DNA of 64,000 nucleotides from Kiritimatiellota bacterium (GTDB lineage: Bacteria > Verrucomicrobiota > Lentisphaeria > Oligosphaerales > JAADHN01). Position numbers and translations under genes: made by a program. Position 1 is the first letter of the stretch; each line of letters opens with the position of its first letter. Where the stretch lies: the NCBI GenBank assembly GCA_013151865.1, contig JAADHN010000048.1, positions 35,673 to 99,672 of the forward strand, written 5' to 3'. The notes under the pieces are model-generated. The model worked only from the letters and a program-made list of their open reading frames with translations, searched no databases and had not been told where the DNA came from. Below are positions 1 to 9,721 of this stretch, in pieces.

Positions 1-1083
1 GAGCGTGGTCGTCTTCCGGCTGATGCCTTCTGTCGAAGAGTCGGCAAACCCGCGCAGGTTCACTTCGGCGCCTTCGAGGACCTTCGGATCGGTATAGATG
101 GAGTTCAGCACGACGGTCACCGCTTGGTTCGCCAGGGCCAAGTCCACGGCGAGGGGGTCGTACCCCCCGGCGGCGTTGGGCTGGACCACCGTCTCGAACG
201 GACGATACCCCAGCCGTTGGACCCGAACCCGACGCGGGATGGGGGGAATGGCTCGGAACGTGAAGGCGCCGTCGCCGGTCGGCATGGCCGTCCGGGCACC
301 GGTCAGTTCGTCGGTCGCGGTCCCAAAGTCGACTCCGGTGATGCTGATCTGGGCGTCAACCAGAGGCTGATCGACTTCGGGGGGGTCCCGATCCGTTCGC
401 GTGCCTTTCACCGTGACGCTCAAATCCGCCAGGATCGGGTCCATTGCAACTGTCACCAAGTTGTCTCGAGCCAGAAAGCGCGCACCGCTGTCCGGCACGC
501 GCATGGGCGTCCAGCCGGTCCGCGTGATGTCGAACACGAAAAAACCCGGCTCGATCCCCGAAAGTGTGCCGGCGCCCAGAGGCGAGGCCTTCAGGGAATA
601 GGTCGCCTCCGGTGGAACAGACGTGTCGCTCGAGGTCCAACGCCGGACCGTGATCCGAGCATCCTTGAGGCGGGCAAAGCTCTGAGCACAGCTCACGTCG
701 AAGAAGACCGTCAGGTAAGTTTCGACCGCGGTTCGAATCAGCGGGACCGTCGCGTGCCCCGCGACGCCCTCGACCAAAACAATCGGAGTGGCGGCGGGGG
801 CGTACGCCGGATGGTCCACCTGAAGCTCGTAATCGCCGGACACGACACTGTCGAAATCGAAGAACCCAAATACGTCTGTCTGCGTCGTGTACTCCGCAAC
901 ACCGTCCCCGGGAACGAGATCCAGGCGGACCACCGCGAAGGGCACGGACCGGTGGCCTGGTTGTTCGTAGACACGGCCGTTCAGTCGGCTGGCGCCCCGG
1001 AGAGGCAGCAGGCCCCCGAGCAAAAATGTTGCGGCGGAAACCGTCCGGAAGAGGAATCGATTCACGATAGAAACGGTCTCCAT
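1..1083 (-). CDS. Secreted carboxypeptidase-regulatory-like (CarboxypepD_reg / Ig-like beta-sandwich repeat) protein. The N-terminal 361 codons are present and the C-terminus lies beyond the left edge.
   Basis: Absent from the ORF track because it is open at the window edge. My translation of the minus strand from ATG 1083..1081 gives METVSIVNRFLFRTVSAATFLLGGLLPLRGASRLNGRVYEQPGHRSVPFAVVRLDLVPGDGVAEYTTQTDVFGFFDFDSVVSGDYELQVDHPAYAP... with no stop down to position 1. The N-terminus looks like a signal peptide, and the repeated G-x-V ... G-x-Y-x-L modules are typical of this domain. Confidence 0.6.
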   Translation of the reverse strand, partial: METVSIVNRFLFRTVSAATFLLGGLLPLRGASRLNGRVYEQPGHRSVPFAVVRLDLVPGDGVAEYTTQTDVFGFFDFDSVVSGDYELQVDHPAYAPAATPIVLVEGVAGHATVPLIRTAVETYLTVFFDVSCAQSFARLKDARITVRRWTSSDTSVPPEATYSLKASPLGAGTLSGIEPGFFVFDITRTGWTPMRVPDSGARFLARDNLVTVAMDPILADLSVTVKGTRTDRDPPEVDQPLVDAQISITGVDFGTATDELTGARTAMPTGDGAFTFRAIPPIPRRVRVQRLGYRPFETVVQPNAAGGYDPLAVDLALANQAVTVVLNSIYTDPKVLEGAEVNLRGFADSSTEGISRKTTTL

Positions 1084-1637
1084 GGCGGCAACCTTTTTTC
1101 GAATCCGCCTGAGAAAGGGCGCCTCCCGCTTCCGACGCGGGTCGCGTGCCTTTTTCGAGCGGGGCCTTTCCCGGCTCGGGATTGCGTAGAAAGTGTCCGC
1201 ACTATTCGGAGCCGAGGACTTGAATTCCCGACGCGAATCGGTCATCTTTTGCGAGCGACGACCGGCGCGGGCGTCCCGTTGGTCAAGCCTTGCCTTCGTG
1301 CCTCGCTACCCTCTGTTGTCGTGTCTTCCGATCCTATCCCGACGCCCTTTTTTAGGATCGCTGTTCCCGGGACACTATACACGGCCGGGGCTCAAAAGTC
1401 TACTAATATGAGCTATATTATCAACAAAAAAGGCATGCATCCATGCCGATCCGAGGCACGTACGACTTGAGTGAGACGCGGGCGGGTGTTTCCCGGTGGG
1501 TTCGTGTGCCTCCTTGAGGACCGACCCCTCGCGGCGCGTCGGCCACTCCCGGTCAAGGAGGTGGATTCCGGGGAGGGACTTTCCCGCGACCGGCTGCGTT
1601 GCACGGTGCGGGACAGCGGGAGGCCGGGAGGGCGAAT

Positions 1638-2132
1638 GTGGAACAGCAAAATACGGCAATCGAGTGGAATGGCTGTCGTGCCGGGGTTGATCCCGCTTTG
1701 GTCCAGGCAGTTGAGAGAGCGGCACGCGTATGGTCCGCCGAGATCGGGCGCCCCGTGGAAGTTGCCTCAGGAGTGCGGACGCTTCGGCGTCAGGCGGAAC
1801 TGATGGCCGCCATGTCGGACGCTCAATTGCACGGCCTGTACAGTGCGGGAGGGGTACCGGACTATGTCCGCCGAATCTGCGAACTCCGCAGTCCGGACGG
1901 CACAATCTCGGCGGCCCGGGTTTACGACGTGCTGCGGCAACGGCATGGGGGATACGTCTCCCGGCATCTGTTCGGGGCCGCGGTGGATTTGGCGGTCCCG
2001 CAAATTGCCGTTCCCGAACTGGTGGACGCGCTCCTGCAACAAGGCCTCGCCGTACTGGATGAACGAGACCGGGGCATTCATTGTCTGCACGTGAGCCTGC
2101 CGGGCGCTCCGGTGCGAATCGTTCGCCGGTGA
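1638..2132 (+). CDS. LAS/M15-like zinc peptidase domain protein (VanY/D-Ala-D-Ala carboxypeptidase-like fold), no signal peptide
   Basis: Track ORF 1599..2132 (TTG start). I prefer the in-frame GTG at 1638, which is preceded by GGGAGGG. There is an exact S-x-H-x-x-G-x-A-x-D motif (SRHLFGAAVD) followed by IHCLHVS, as in peptidase M15 families. Confidence 0.6.
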   Translation: MEQQNTAIEWNGCRAGVDPALVQAVERAARVWSAEIGRPVEVASGVRTLRRQAELMAAMSDAQLHGLYSAGGVPDYVRRICELRSPDGTISAARVYDVLRQRHGGYVSRHLFGAAVDLAVPQIAVPELVDALLQQGLAVLDERDRGIHCLHVSLPGAPVRIVRR

Positions 2133-2141
2133 AGTCCGCCG

Positions 2142-2197
2142 ATGAAGAGGTTTCCTCTCTCTCCGGCGGCTTTCCGCACGCCTCTTCATTTGCGGTG
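2142..2197 (+). terminator. Candidate terminator after the M15-like gene
   Basis: A 9-bp inverted repeat, ATGAAGAGG (2142-2150) / CCTCTTCAT (2181-2189), with a 30-nt loop, followed by TTTGCGGTGCGTTTGGG. It starts 10 nt after the stop at 2130-2132. The loop is long, so this is weak. Confidence 0.3.
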
Positions 2198-2499
2198 CGT
2201 TTGGGCGGCATGATATTCGGAACTCACCCACGCGCGGTGAAAGAAAGCTGTGTAAGTTGATTGAGCGCGCGGTCCGGCCGATTCCGTTTGCACGGCGACC
2301 CCGCTTAAGCTGGATCGCCGTGTCTTCCGGGAAGCCGGCCGCGAAACGTTGCTTATCGGCCGGCAAATATGCACGTTCCATTTGCATGGTCAGAGGGGGA
2401 ATGGATATTGGCGTCCGAGATCCGTGCCGCCCTGCTCCTTTGGGCCCGGCCGGACCTGCACCGGCCCCGATCCAGCCGCCCAAGCCACGGAGTTCAACC

Positions 2500-3264
2500 A
2501 TGATTGCACGATTCCCCGAGCTGCGGTCCCCGGAAGTCAGGCAGGCGGTGGACGGAGAGTGGCTCCTCGTCCTGCCCGTGGGGCAGACGGAAGAACACGG
2601 TCCGCACTTGCCCGTCGGCACGGACACCGTCATTGTCCGCCGCGTCTGCGAGGCGGCGATCGAACGCCTTGCGGGGAGTCCTCCTGCCTGCTTGATGGAT
2701 GCGGTCTCCTACGGTTACTCGCAACGTGTCCTGACCTCGTGGCCCGGCACAATCGTTCTGCGGCAGGAGGTCGTCATAAACGTGCTGTGCGAACTGATCG
2801 GTTCTGTGGCCGACATGGGGTTTCGCAAGATCGCCCTTGTCAGCGGCCACGGGAATCACGACGGCGCGGTGCGAGTGGCCGCACGCCGGGCGGCCGACGC
2901 CTGCGGCATCGGTCCCGGGGTCGTTTTTCCGCACGCCTTTGTTTCGGACCTGATCCGGACGCAAGCATGCGCCGGCATCCCGGGGAGCTGTCATGCGGGC
3001 GAAATGGAGACCTCCGTCATGCTTCACCTCGCACCCGAGCTGGTGGACTTGGAGAGCGCTCCGGCAGGCGACAGCCTGAGGCAGGCCGCGCCGTTTTCTT
3101 CGAACCAAGCTTTTGTATCCACCTGGACACGGCAGAAAAGCTCTTCCGGGGTCTACGGCGACCCAACCGTCGCCACGGCGGCCTTTGGGGAACTGCTGTT
3201 CGAGAGGATGGTCGAAAAAACGGCGGCGTTTTTCCGGTACTACCACGGCGTGCCGCAGGTCTGA
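2500..3264 (+). CDS. Creatininase-family amidohydrolase (creatinine amidohydrolase / ArfB / MftE-like)
   Basis: Track ORF 2257..3264, with a likely start at ATG 2500 (MIARFPELR...). Family motifs present are LPVGQTEEHGPHLPVGTD, SGHGNHDG and HAGEMETS. Confidence 0.85.
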   Translation: MIARFPELRSPEVRQAVDGEWLLVLPVGQTEEHGPHLPVGTDTVIVRRVCEAAIERLAGSPPACLMDAVSYGYSQRVLTSWPGTIVLRQEVVINVLCELIGSVADMGFRKIALVSGHGNHDGAVRVAARRAADACGIGPGVVFPHAFVSDLIRTQACAGIPGSCHAGEMETSVMLHLAPELVDLESAPAGDSLRQAAPFSSNQAFVSTWTRQKSSSGVYGDPTVATAAFGELLFERMVEKTAAFFRYYHGVPQV

Positions 3265-3814
3265 GGAGCGTCTCGCCGGACCCGTACGGTCGCGAGCGGT
3301 GAACATGGCCAAAGCCGGGTACAGGCGGTATGGTAATGACGCCTCCGAATCCGTTTCAGTCCCGGGGGCGTTGACGGCGGTTTGTTGCCGCAGGGGCCTC
3401 TGAACTCACCGCGCACTGCAGGGGGGAGCGCCTGTGTCGGCGGAGGCGGCCTAAGCAGTGAAACCGCCGCTCGGGACAACGGCCGTACCGGGGATTGCGT
3501 CACGGCGCAGATCTCGAAAAGCCGCTGCGATCCAGCGTTGCGGTTCTGCCTGGTGGCGCCGGCACGTGAGGGCGTGATACCGTCAGTGTTCTCCGGCGAG
3601 GACGACGGGCCGGGAGACGGACGCCCCAGGGCACGCCGGCGATGTCGAAAGTGTTTCGCTGTCGACACCAAGGCCCCCGGAGCAGGTTCGGCGGTTTTCG
3701 ATTATCCCTGCGCGGTACCGAGAAAAACGGCGTTGGGAAGAATGTGTTTTCTCCTTTTGCTCCGAAAACGATCCCGAATTTGGTCTCGGACGAACGCATC
3801 GGTACTGCAATATT

Positions 3815-3842
3815 GCGCGGACGATTCCGCGTGGATTTTTAT
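3815..3842 (+). terminator. Hairpin plus U-tract immediately upstream of the PSP1 gene RBS (terminator or attenuator)
   Basis: GCGCGGA-cgat-TCCGCGT stem (3815-3832) followed by GGATTTTTAT. An SD (GAGGA, 3848-3852) and the ATG at 3862 follow directly. Confidence 0.4.
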
Positions 3843-3861
3843 GCCATGAGGATTTTCTGCC

Positions 3862-4731
3862 ATGAAATATCGATACCTTGTCGAAGTCGCAGCCGGTATA
3901 CGGTACGACTGCCTGGCAGACCCGAAGCTCAACATCAAGCGGGACGACATCGTCATCGTCCGTTGTGACAGGTACCTGGACAGCGGGAAAGTCGTGTTTC
4001 GCTGCAAGAGCGAGGAACCTGACAATACGGGTCGTCGTGAGTCGGCCGGGAAGAACCGGGACCGTCGCGGCCGTCGCATTCAGGGGTGGCGCGTACCGAC
4101 GATCCTCCGGCACGCCAACCTCAGCGACAAGAGTAAGATCCACGAGAACCAGGCCCGGGAGAATACGATCTTTCGCACGGCGCAGGAGAAGATTGCCCAG
4201 CACAAGCTGGCCATGAAGTTGATCACGTGTCACTGTTCTTTCGACAGAAAACTGATGGTGCTTCAGTTTACCGCGGACGGACGGGTCGATTTCCGTGAGT
4301 TGGTTCAGGACTTGAATCGGGCCCTGCACAGCCGGGTGGAATTGCGGCAGATCGGCGTTCGCGACGAAGCCGCCATTCATGGCGGCCTCGGCTGTTGCGG
4401 GCGACCTTTCTGCTGCGGCACCTTCCTGAAAGCCTTGTCCAGCGTCAATGTCAAGATGGCCAAAGACCAGGGTTTGTCCCTGAACCCGAACAGTATTTCC
4501 GGGGCCTGCGGTCGACTCAAGTGTTGTTTGCGCTATGAAGCCGACGGTTACCGCGAGATGCGCCGGGGCCTTCTTCGGAACGGCAGTCGTTGCGAGACGC
4601 CGCAAGGAACCGGCAAGGTATTGGATACAAACGTGCTCACCGGCCGGGTCCGGGTTCGGCTGGATGAGGGCACCGGCCGAATCGAAGTGTTCCCGCTGTC
4701 GGAAGTGGAGCGGCCCGGGGCCCATGATTGA
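3862..4731 (+). CDS. PSP1 C-terminal domain protein (YaaT/RicT-like)
   Basis: Track ORF. The Cys-rich PSP1 signature is GLGCCGRPFCCGTFL ... GACGRLKCCLRYE. The SD GAGGA lies 9 nt upstream. Confidence 0.85.
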   Translation: MKYRYLVEVAAGIRYDCLADPKLNIKRDDIVIVRCDRYLDSGKVVFRCKSEEPDNTGRRESAGKNRDRRGRRIQGWRVPTILRHANLSDKSKIHENQARENTIFRTAQEKIAQHKLAMKLITCHCSFDRKLMVLQFTADGRVDFRELVQDLNRALHSRVELRQIGVRDEAAIHGGLGCCGRPFCCGTFLKALSSVNVKMAKDQGLSLNPNSISGACGRLKCCLRYEADGYREMRRGLLRNGSRCETPQGTGKVLDTNVLTGRVRVRLDEGTGRIEVFPLSEVERPGAHD

Positions 4732-4809
4732 ACCCCGGTTCGGTCGCGGATTGTTCTCCGGCCGTCCGTTCTGCCGGTCGGGTCCGGCCCTGTGGATGGA
4801 GATCATCGC

Positions 4810-6630
4810 ATGACGCCGCAGCGGATTCGATGCCGTCTCGAGTCCGGTGTACGCGGGGCGACCGTGCTGCTCCTGTTTCTGGCGCCGCTCAAGTTCGGCA
4901 ACATCGTCGGAAACGGTGAGATCTCGTTGTTTCCGCTCTCCGGCATCGAGTGGATCTTCGGTCCTTGGCCGCCCTTCCTGCTGGCGGTATTGGCCGGCTT
5001 GCTGTTGGCTGCCGCGGCACTCGTTTTCCCGCCGCCCCCGGTTTCCGGGTGGGCATGGAGCGTGCCCGGGGTTTGGCTGCTGCTGGCCCTCGGCGCTTGC
5101 ATTGGACTGTGGCGGACGACCGAGTGGGAGTATGCCCTCCTTTTTGTGGGGCACATCCTGGGGGCCACGTGTCTGGCGCTTTCCTGTTTCTGGATTTTCC
5201 CCTGGACCGGCCGCTGGCGGAGTGTGGCCTTGGCAGCAGTGGCCGCCGGCGTGCTCTGGGCCGGCGCAGACGGTTGGGCCCAAGTGCCGGGAGGCGGTCT
5301 CAGGCGCTTTGCCGAGAGCATCGAACGTCAAGCCAAAGCCCGTGGGACACGGCTCTCGCCGGGGATGGCCTCGCGACTGCACCAGACCCGTGCATTCGCG
5401 ACTTTCACCTATCCGAATTCTTTTGCGGCTCATCTCCTTCTGACCGCCCCGATTGCTCTGCTCCTGCTTTGGCGAGCCGGCGGTCGGTTCGAACCCGTCC
5501 GGGTAAGTCGGCGTCTTTTCTTGGGGGCCGGCCTGGTGCTCCTGGGCGGGGCGTTGTGGTTCACCGGCAGTCGCGCCGCAGTCTTGGCGCTCGGCGGGGC
5601 AATCGCGGTGGGAGCCCTGTATCAACCTCGATTGCGGCGTTTTCGTGGGCCCATCGTTTTGGGTGCGCTTGTCGCGGCCTTGCTCGCCGGGACCGTGCTG
5701 ACCCTCGAGCGGTCGGGGCGGAAACTCAGCTCGATCGAATCGCGACTCGGCTATTACCGGGCCGCGCTGGTCATGTTCCGGGAGCACCCCGTCGCCGGGG
5801 TGGGGTTGGGCGAGTTCTTCCCGAACTATCTTCGTCTCAAGAGTGCCGAGGCCGAAGAAACGCGGCAGCCGCACAACATGTTTCTCGCTTTCCTGGCCCA
5901 GGCAGGCATTTTGGGCGGGGTTTTCGCCGGGCTCTGCCTGGCGTTGCCGCTGTACCTGCCCGCCCTGTTTCGCCGGGCCGCTCTGCGGTGCGATCCCGGT
6001 CTGCTGACGGCTGTCCAAGTGGGGCTTGCGGGGTGGTGCCTGCACGCGCTCACCGACTTCAATGTGCAGATCCCAGGCACGGTGGCGACTGCGGCGGTGC
6101 TGCCAGTGCTCTGCATTACGGGTCTCGGTCCCGGCGCCGCACCCGACGCGGGCGCCTCGGGCAGAACCGCGGGACTGCTGGCGCGTTGCGCCGCCCTGCT
6201 CCTCGCGCTGGCCGCCGCGGCCGGGCTGGGCCGCATTCCCGGTGAAGCGGATTATGCCCGCCTCGCCGCCGCGGCGACCGGTCCGGACGTTTCCATGGAG
6301 GTGGTCAAGGATTTGGCCGTCCGCGCCGGGGAGGGTCTCCCTTTCAGCCCGTATCCTTGGACGACTTTTGGACGAATCGCGAGAGCGCGTGGTGACTGGG
6401 GGTTGGTCGCCCGGGCTTATCGCGAGGCGGTCCTGCGTGCTCCGCACCGTGCCGCTTTCCATCGCCATTTTGCGGAGGCGCTCCTCGAAATCGGGGAGAA
6501 AAACGAGGCACGCCGTCAGTTTCGCCTTGCCCGGGAATGGTATCCGACCGACCCGAAAAACCAATCCTTGGCGCAACGACTGGGGCTTGACGAGCGGTCG
6601 AATTGCCCGACCGTCCGGGAGAGACTATAG
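4810..6630 (+). CDS. O-antigen ligase/polymerase family (Wzy_C) polytopic membrane protein with a C-terminal TPR-like tail
   Basis: Track ORF 4792..6630 (GTG at 4792; first ATG at 4810). It has many hydrophobic segments, a Wzy_C-like motif (RQPHNMFLAFLAQAGILGGVF), and a TPR-like C-terminus (AYREAVLRAPHRAAFHRHFAEALLEIGEKNEARRQF). Confidence 0.8.
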   Translation: MTPQRIRCRLESGVRGATVLLLFLAPLKFGNIVGNGEISLFPLSGIEWIFGPWPPFLLAVLAGLLLAAAALVFPPPPVSGWAWSVPGVWLLLALGACIGLWRTTEWEYALLFVGHILGATCLALSCFWIFPWTGRWRSVALAAVAAGVLWAGADGWAQVPGGGLRRFAESIERQAKARGTRLSPGMASRLHQTRAFATFTYPNSFAAHLLLTAPIALLLLWRAGGRFEPVRVSRRLFLGAGLVLLGGALWFTGSRAAVLALGGAIAVGALYQPRLRRFRGPIVLGALVAALLAGTVLTLERSGRKLSSIESRLGYYRAALVMFREHPVAGVGLGEFFPNYLRLKSAEAEETRQPHNMFLAFLAQAGILGGVFAGLCLALPLYLPALFRRAALRCDPGLLTAVQVGLAGWCLHALTDFNVQIPGTVATAAVLPVLCITGLGPGAAPDAGASGRTAGLLARCAALLLALAAAAGLGRIPGEADYARLAAAATGPDVSMEVVKDLAVRAGEGLPFSPYPWTTFGRIARARGDWGLVARAYREAVLRAPHRAAFHRHFAEALLEIGEKNEARRQFRLAREWYPTDPKNQSLAQRLGLDERSNCPTVRERL

Positions 6631-6884
6631 TAAACAGCACCCAAACGGGCACCGTTCCCCCTTCGCCTGCCGAACTGCGGGCGACATGCCGGGGTCGCCG
6701 CTGGAAAGCGGCCGCGGTCTGTTTTGCCCATGCGGCCCGTGTGGCGCGCGGGCCGGGGCCGGACGTTTTGTCCGGGACCCCATGATCGTCCGGACAGCCC
6801 TGAGACGCGTGGGATACGGCCCGCTCGGGCGGGGCGGTCGGATTGTCGGGCAAAAGTCGCGTTACGCCAGCAGGAGCGATTCGA

Positions 6885-7349
6885 GTGCGCATACTGATCC
6901 TCAACGGTCCGAACCTGCACCTGCTCGGGCGGCGTGAGCCCGAGACGTACGGGCGCGCCTCGCTCTCCCAGATCGAGGAAGCACTCCGGGAGACCGCTGC
7001 GGAACTGGGGGTCGAAATCGAGTGCCGGCAGAGTAATTGGGAGGGACGCCTGGTGGACTGGATCGGCGAGGCGCCCGAACGTTTCGATGGGATCGTTTTC
7101 AATCCTGCCGCCTACACTCATACCAGTGTGGCGTTACGGGACGCCATTGCCGGGGCCGGATTGCCCGTTGTCGAGGTCCATATCAGCAATGTCCATGCCC
7201 GGGAAGAATTCCGACGCCGGTCGTACACTGCGGCCGTCTGTCTCGGTCAGATTTGCGGCTTGGGAACAGCCGGGTACGACTGGGCCCTGCGCGCACTTGT
7301 CCAACACCTGAAATCCAGGAGCAACAGGGAAGCGACGCATGAATATTGA
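6885..7349 (+). CDS. aroQ: Type II 3-dehydroquinate dehydratase
   Basis: Track ORF 6843..7349, with a probable GTG start at 6885 (VRILILNGPNLHLLGRREPETYG). Also NPAAYTHTSVALRDA and EVHISNVHAREEFRR. The 3' end overlaps accB by 11 nt, giving the classic aroQ-accB-accC order. Confidence 0.9.
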   Translation: MRILILNGPNLHLLGRREPETYGRASLSQIEEALRETAAELGVEIECRQSNWEGRLVDWIGEAPERFDGIVFNPAAYTHTSVALRDAIAGAGLPVVEVHISNVHAREEFRRRSYTAAVCLGQICGLGTAGYDWALRALVQHLKSRSNREATHEY

Positions 7350-7791
7350 AGAAATCGCCCGGATCGCCAAGCTGATGGAACAGCATGAGCTGACCGAGTT
7401 TCTCGTCGAAACCGACGAGATGAAACTGAACTTGAAGCGCGAAAAAGCCTTGGTGTCGGCTGCGCAGGTGCTGCCCGTCCCGGCCGCTCCGCCCCCGGCG
7501 CCGGTTCCCGCTCCGCCGGCTGTCGAACCCCAAAGACCTGCCACGCGTGAGCGGATTACCATCGACTCCCCCATCGTCGGCACGTTCTATGCTTCACCGG
7601 CGCCGGACAAACCGCCGTATGTAAAAGAGGGTGACGAGGTGAGCGAGGACACCGTGGTCTGCATTATCGAAGCCATGAAGGTTATGAACGAGATCAAAGC
7701 CGAGAAACACGGTGTCATTGCCAGAGTTCTCGTCGAGAACGCCGCCCCTGTGGAGTTCGGACAGCCGCTTTTCGAGATCAAACCGTTCTGA
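7339..7791 (+). CDS. accB: Acetyl-CoA carboxylase biotin carboxyl carrier protein
   Basis: Track ORF. It has the biotinyl-lysine motif IIEAMKVMNEI and a Pro/Ala-rich linker. Confidence 0.95.
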   Translation: MNIEEIARIAKLMEQHELTEFLVETDEMKLNLKREKALVSAAQVLPVPAAPPPAPVPAPPAVEPQRPATRERITIDSPIVGTFYASPAPDKPPYVKEGDEVSEDTVVCIIEAMKVMNEIKAEKHGVIARVLVENAAPVEFGQPLFEIKPF

Positions 7792-7831
7792 TTCGACGTA
7801 CGCCTGCCGTCATATACGGAAGGACTCATCC

Positions 7832-9208
7832 ATGTTCTCACGCATCCTCGTGGCGAATCGAGGTGAAATCGCACTCCGAATTGTCCGGGCCTGCCGGGAG
7901 CTGGGCATCCACAGCGTTGTCGCCTACGCAAAACCTGACGAAGAAACGTTGGCCGTACAGGAGGCGGACGAAGCCATTTGTATCGGCCCTGCCTCGGCTT
8001 CCGAAAGCTATCTGCGCGTCGACCGCATTATTGCCGCCGCCGAGGTGTGCGATGTGGAGGCCATTCATCCGGGCTACGGCTTTTTGGCGGAGAACACTGA
8101 TTTCGCCGAAATCTGCGAGAGCTGCCGAATTGCCTTCATCGGGCCCGGTTCCCAGGCGATCCGCGCCATGGGCGACAAAGCCCAGGCCCGCAAGACCATG
8201 ATCAAAGCCCGGGTTCCCGTGACGCCGGGCAGCGACGGCGTTCTCGAGGAAGAGTCCGATGCGTTGGCGTTTGCCCACAAGGCCGGATACCCGGTTATCA
8301 TCAAGGCATCAGCCGGTGGTGGCGGCAAGGGAATGCGGGTGGTGCACAACGATGCAAGCCTGGTACAGAGCTTCCATGCGGCCCGCCGCGAAGCCGAAAT
8401 GGCCTTTGGGTCCAGCGCCGTGTATCTCGAAAAGTATATCGAACAACCTCGGCATGTGGAGTTTCAAATCCTGGCCGATCACTACGGGAACATTATCCAT
8501 CTCGGAGAACGCGACTGTAGTCTGCAGCGCCGCCACCAGAAACTACTCGAGGAATCTCCCTGTCCGGTCATGACTCCGAAACTCCGTGAGAAGATGGGCG
8601 AGGCCGCCGTCAAAGCGGCCCGGGCGGCCGGTTATACCAACGCAGGCACGGTGGAGTTCCTGCTCGATGGCGACGGTCGGTTCTATTTTATGGAAATGAA
8701 CACTCGCATCCAAGTGGAACATCCGGTGACCGAGATGGTGACCGGCATTGATCTCATCAAGGAACAGATTCGGATCGCCGCCGGGGAGCGCCTTCGCTTC
8801 AAGCAGGAGAACGTCGGGCTGGACGGCCATGCCATCGAGGTGCGTATCAATGCCGAGAACCCGTCCAGAGGGTTTTCGCCATCGCCGGGCCGCGTTACGG
8901 TCTACGCCCCGCCCGGCGGCCCGGGCGTTCGAGTTGATTCCCATGTTTACACCGGATATGTGATTCCGCCGTTCTACGACAGTATGATCGGCAAACTGAT
9001 TGTCCACGGGGAGGACCGGGAAGAGGCCCTGGCTCGTGCTCGGCGGGCCTTGTTCGAATTTGTTATCCGTGGAGTGGACACGACCATCGGGTTTGCCCGT
9101 TATCTTCTGAATCGGCAGGAAGTCATCACCGGGGAATATCACACGGGGTACGTCGAAAAACTGCTCGATGCCGGCCTTCCCGCTTTTGAGGAAAGCGATG
9201 TGGAATAA
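7832..9208 (+). CDS. accC: Acetyl-CoA carboxylase biotin carboxylase subunit
   Basis: Track ORF 7712..9208, with the real start at ATG 7832 (MFSRILVANRGEIALRIVRACRELG). ATP-grasp motifs are KASAGGGGKGMRVV and MNTRIQVEHPVTE. Confidence 0.95.
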   Translation: MFSRILVANRGEIALRIVRACRELGIHSVVAYAKPDEETLAVQEADEAICIGPASASESYLRVDRIIAAAEVCDVEAIHPGYGFLAENTDFAEICESCRIAFIGPGSQAIRAMGDKAQARKTMIKARVPVTPGSDGVLEEESDALAFAHKAGYPVIIKASAGGGGKGMRVVHNDASLVQSFHAARREAEMAFGSSAVYLEKYIEQPRHVEFQILADHYGNIIHLGERDCSLQRRHQKLLEESPCPVMTPKLREKMGEAAVKAARAAGYTNAGTVEFLLDGDGRFYFMEMNTRIQVEHPVTEMVTGIDLIKEQIRIAAGERLRFKQENVGLDGHAIEVRINAENPSRGFSPSPGRVTVYAPPGGPGVRVDSHVYTGYVIPPFYDSMIGKLIVHGEDREEALARARRALFEFVIRGVDTTIGFARYLLNRQEVITGEYHTGYVEKLLDAGLPAFEESDVE

Positions 9209-9437
9209 CGGAGGTGTGCCGGCTGTTCCCGTCCGAACGGTGCAGATCCGTATGCCGGGTGCGTCGGGGTCGGCAGGGCGGCCGAACGCTTCAAGGTCGT
9301 CGCACCCGCCCGGAACGCATTTGGCGAGAGGTCGCCGCGGCAGTTCGCGTTCGGACTCCGCCGGAACCCCGTTTCCTCCACCACGGTTTTCGGTATACTA
9401 TTCCGAGCGGGACGGCAGGTCCTTTGGGCAGGTCCTG

Positions 9438-9480
9438 CCGGCGGGAGCGAACCCGCGCGGTTTGTGGTTGTCTATTATTG
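9438..9480 (+). terminator. Probable intrinsic terminator of the aroQ-accB-accC unit
   Basis: GC-rich stem CCGGCGGG / CCCGCGCGG (one bulge, 6-nt loop, 9438-9460) followed by the U-rich TTTGTGGTTGTCTATTATTG. It is preceded by a second hairpin-like element, GGCAGG...CCTGCC (9425-9449). Confidence 0.5.
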
Positions 9481-9721
9481 CGGTATGGTTGGGACGCCGG
9501 GTGCATGGGACGCCCGCGGCATCGTATTGCCGGACCGATGTTGCTTTCCTGGGGCAGGGAATCGTCTCGCAATGCCTCGTCTCCGGCCCGGCGATTCATG
9601 CGGCGCGCGTCCGGAAAGGGCATGCACTCCGTGGAAGTCGCCCGCTTCTACGCCGCGTGGCCGCCGTTTCCGGGCCCCGTCCCACGCGTGAGAACGGGCC
9701 CACAACCGAAGGAGAACGACC

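Noticed and set aside
3430-3480. Possible cobalamin riboswitch (AGTGAAACCGCC resembles the GGTGAAA-TCC core)
   Set aside because: There is no B12 box (GCCACTG) or the other conserved cores, and the downstream gene (PSP1) has no link to cobalamin.
3583-6576. 997-aa minus-strand ORF
   Set aside because: It is antisense to the PSP1 and O-antigen-ligase genes, which have clear motifs and TM segments. The ORF is Arg/Gly/Pro/Gln-rich with no motifs. It is a typical high-GC shadow ORF.
9410-9450. Possible SRP (4.5S) RNA because of two CAGGTCC copies
   Set aside because: It lacks the GGAA tetraloop and the AGCAGC symmetric-loop motifs. It is better explained as hairpins preceding the accC terminator.
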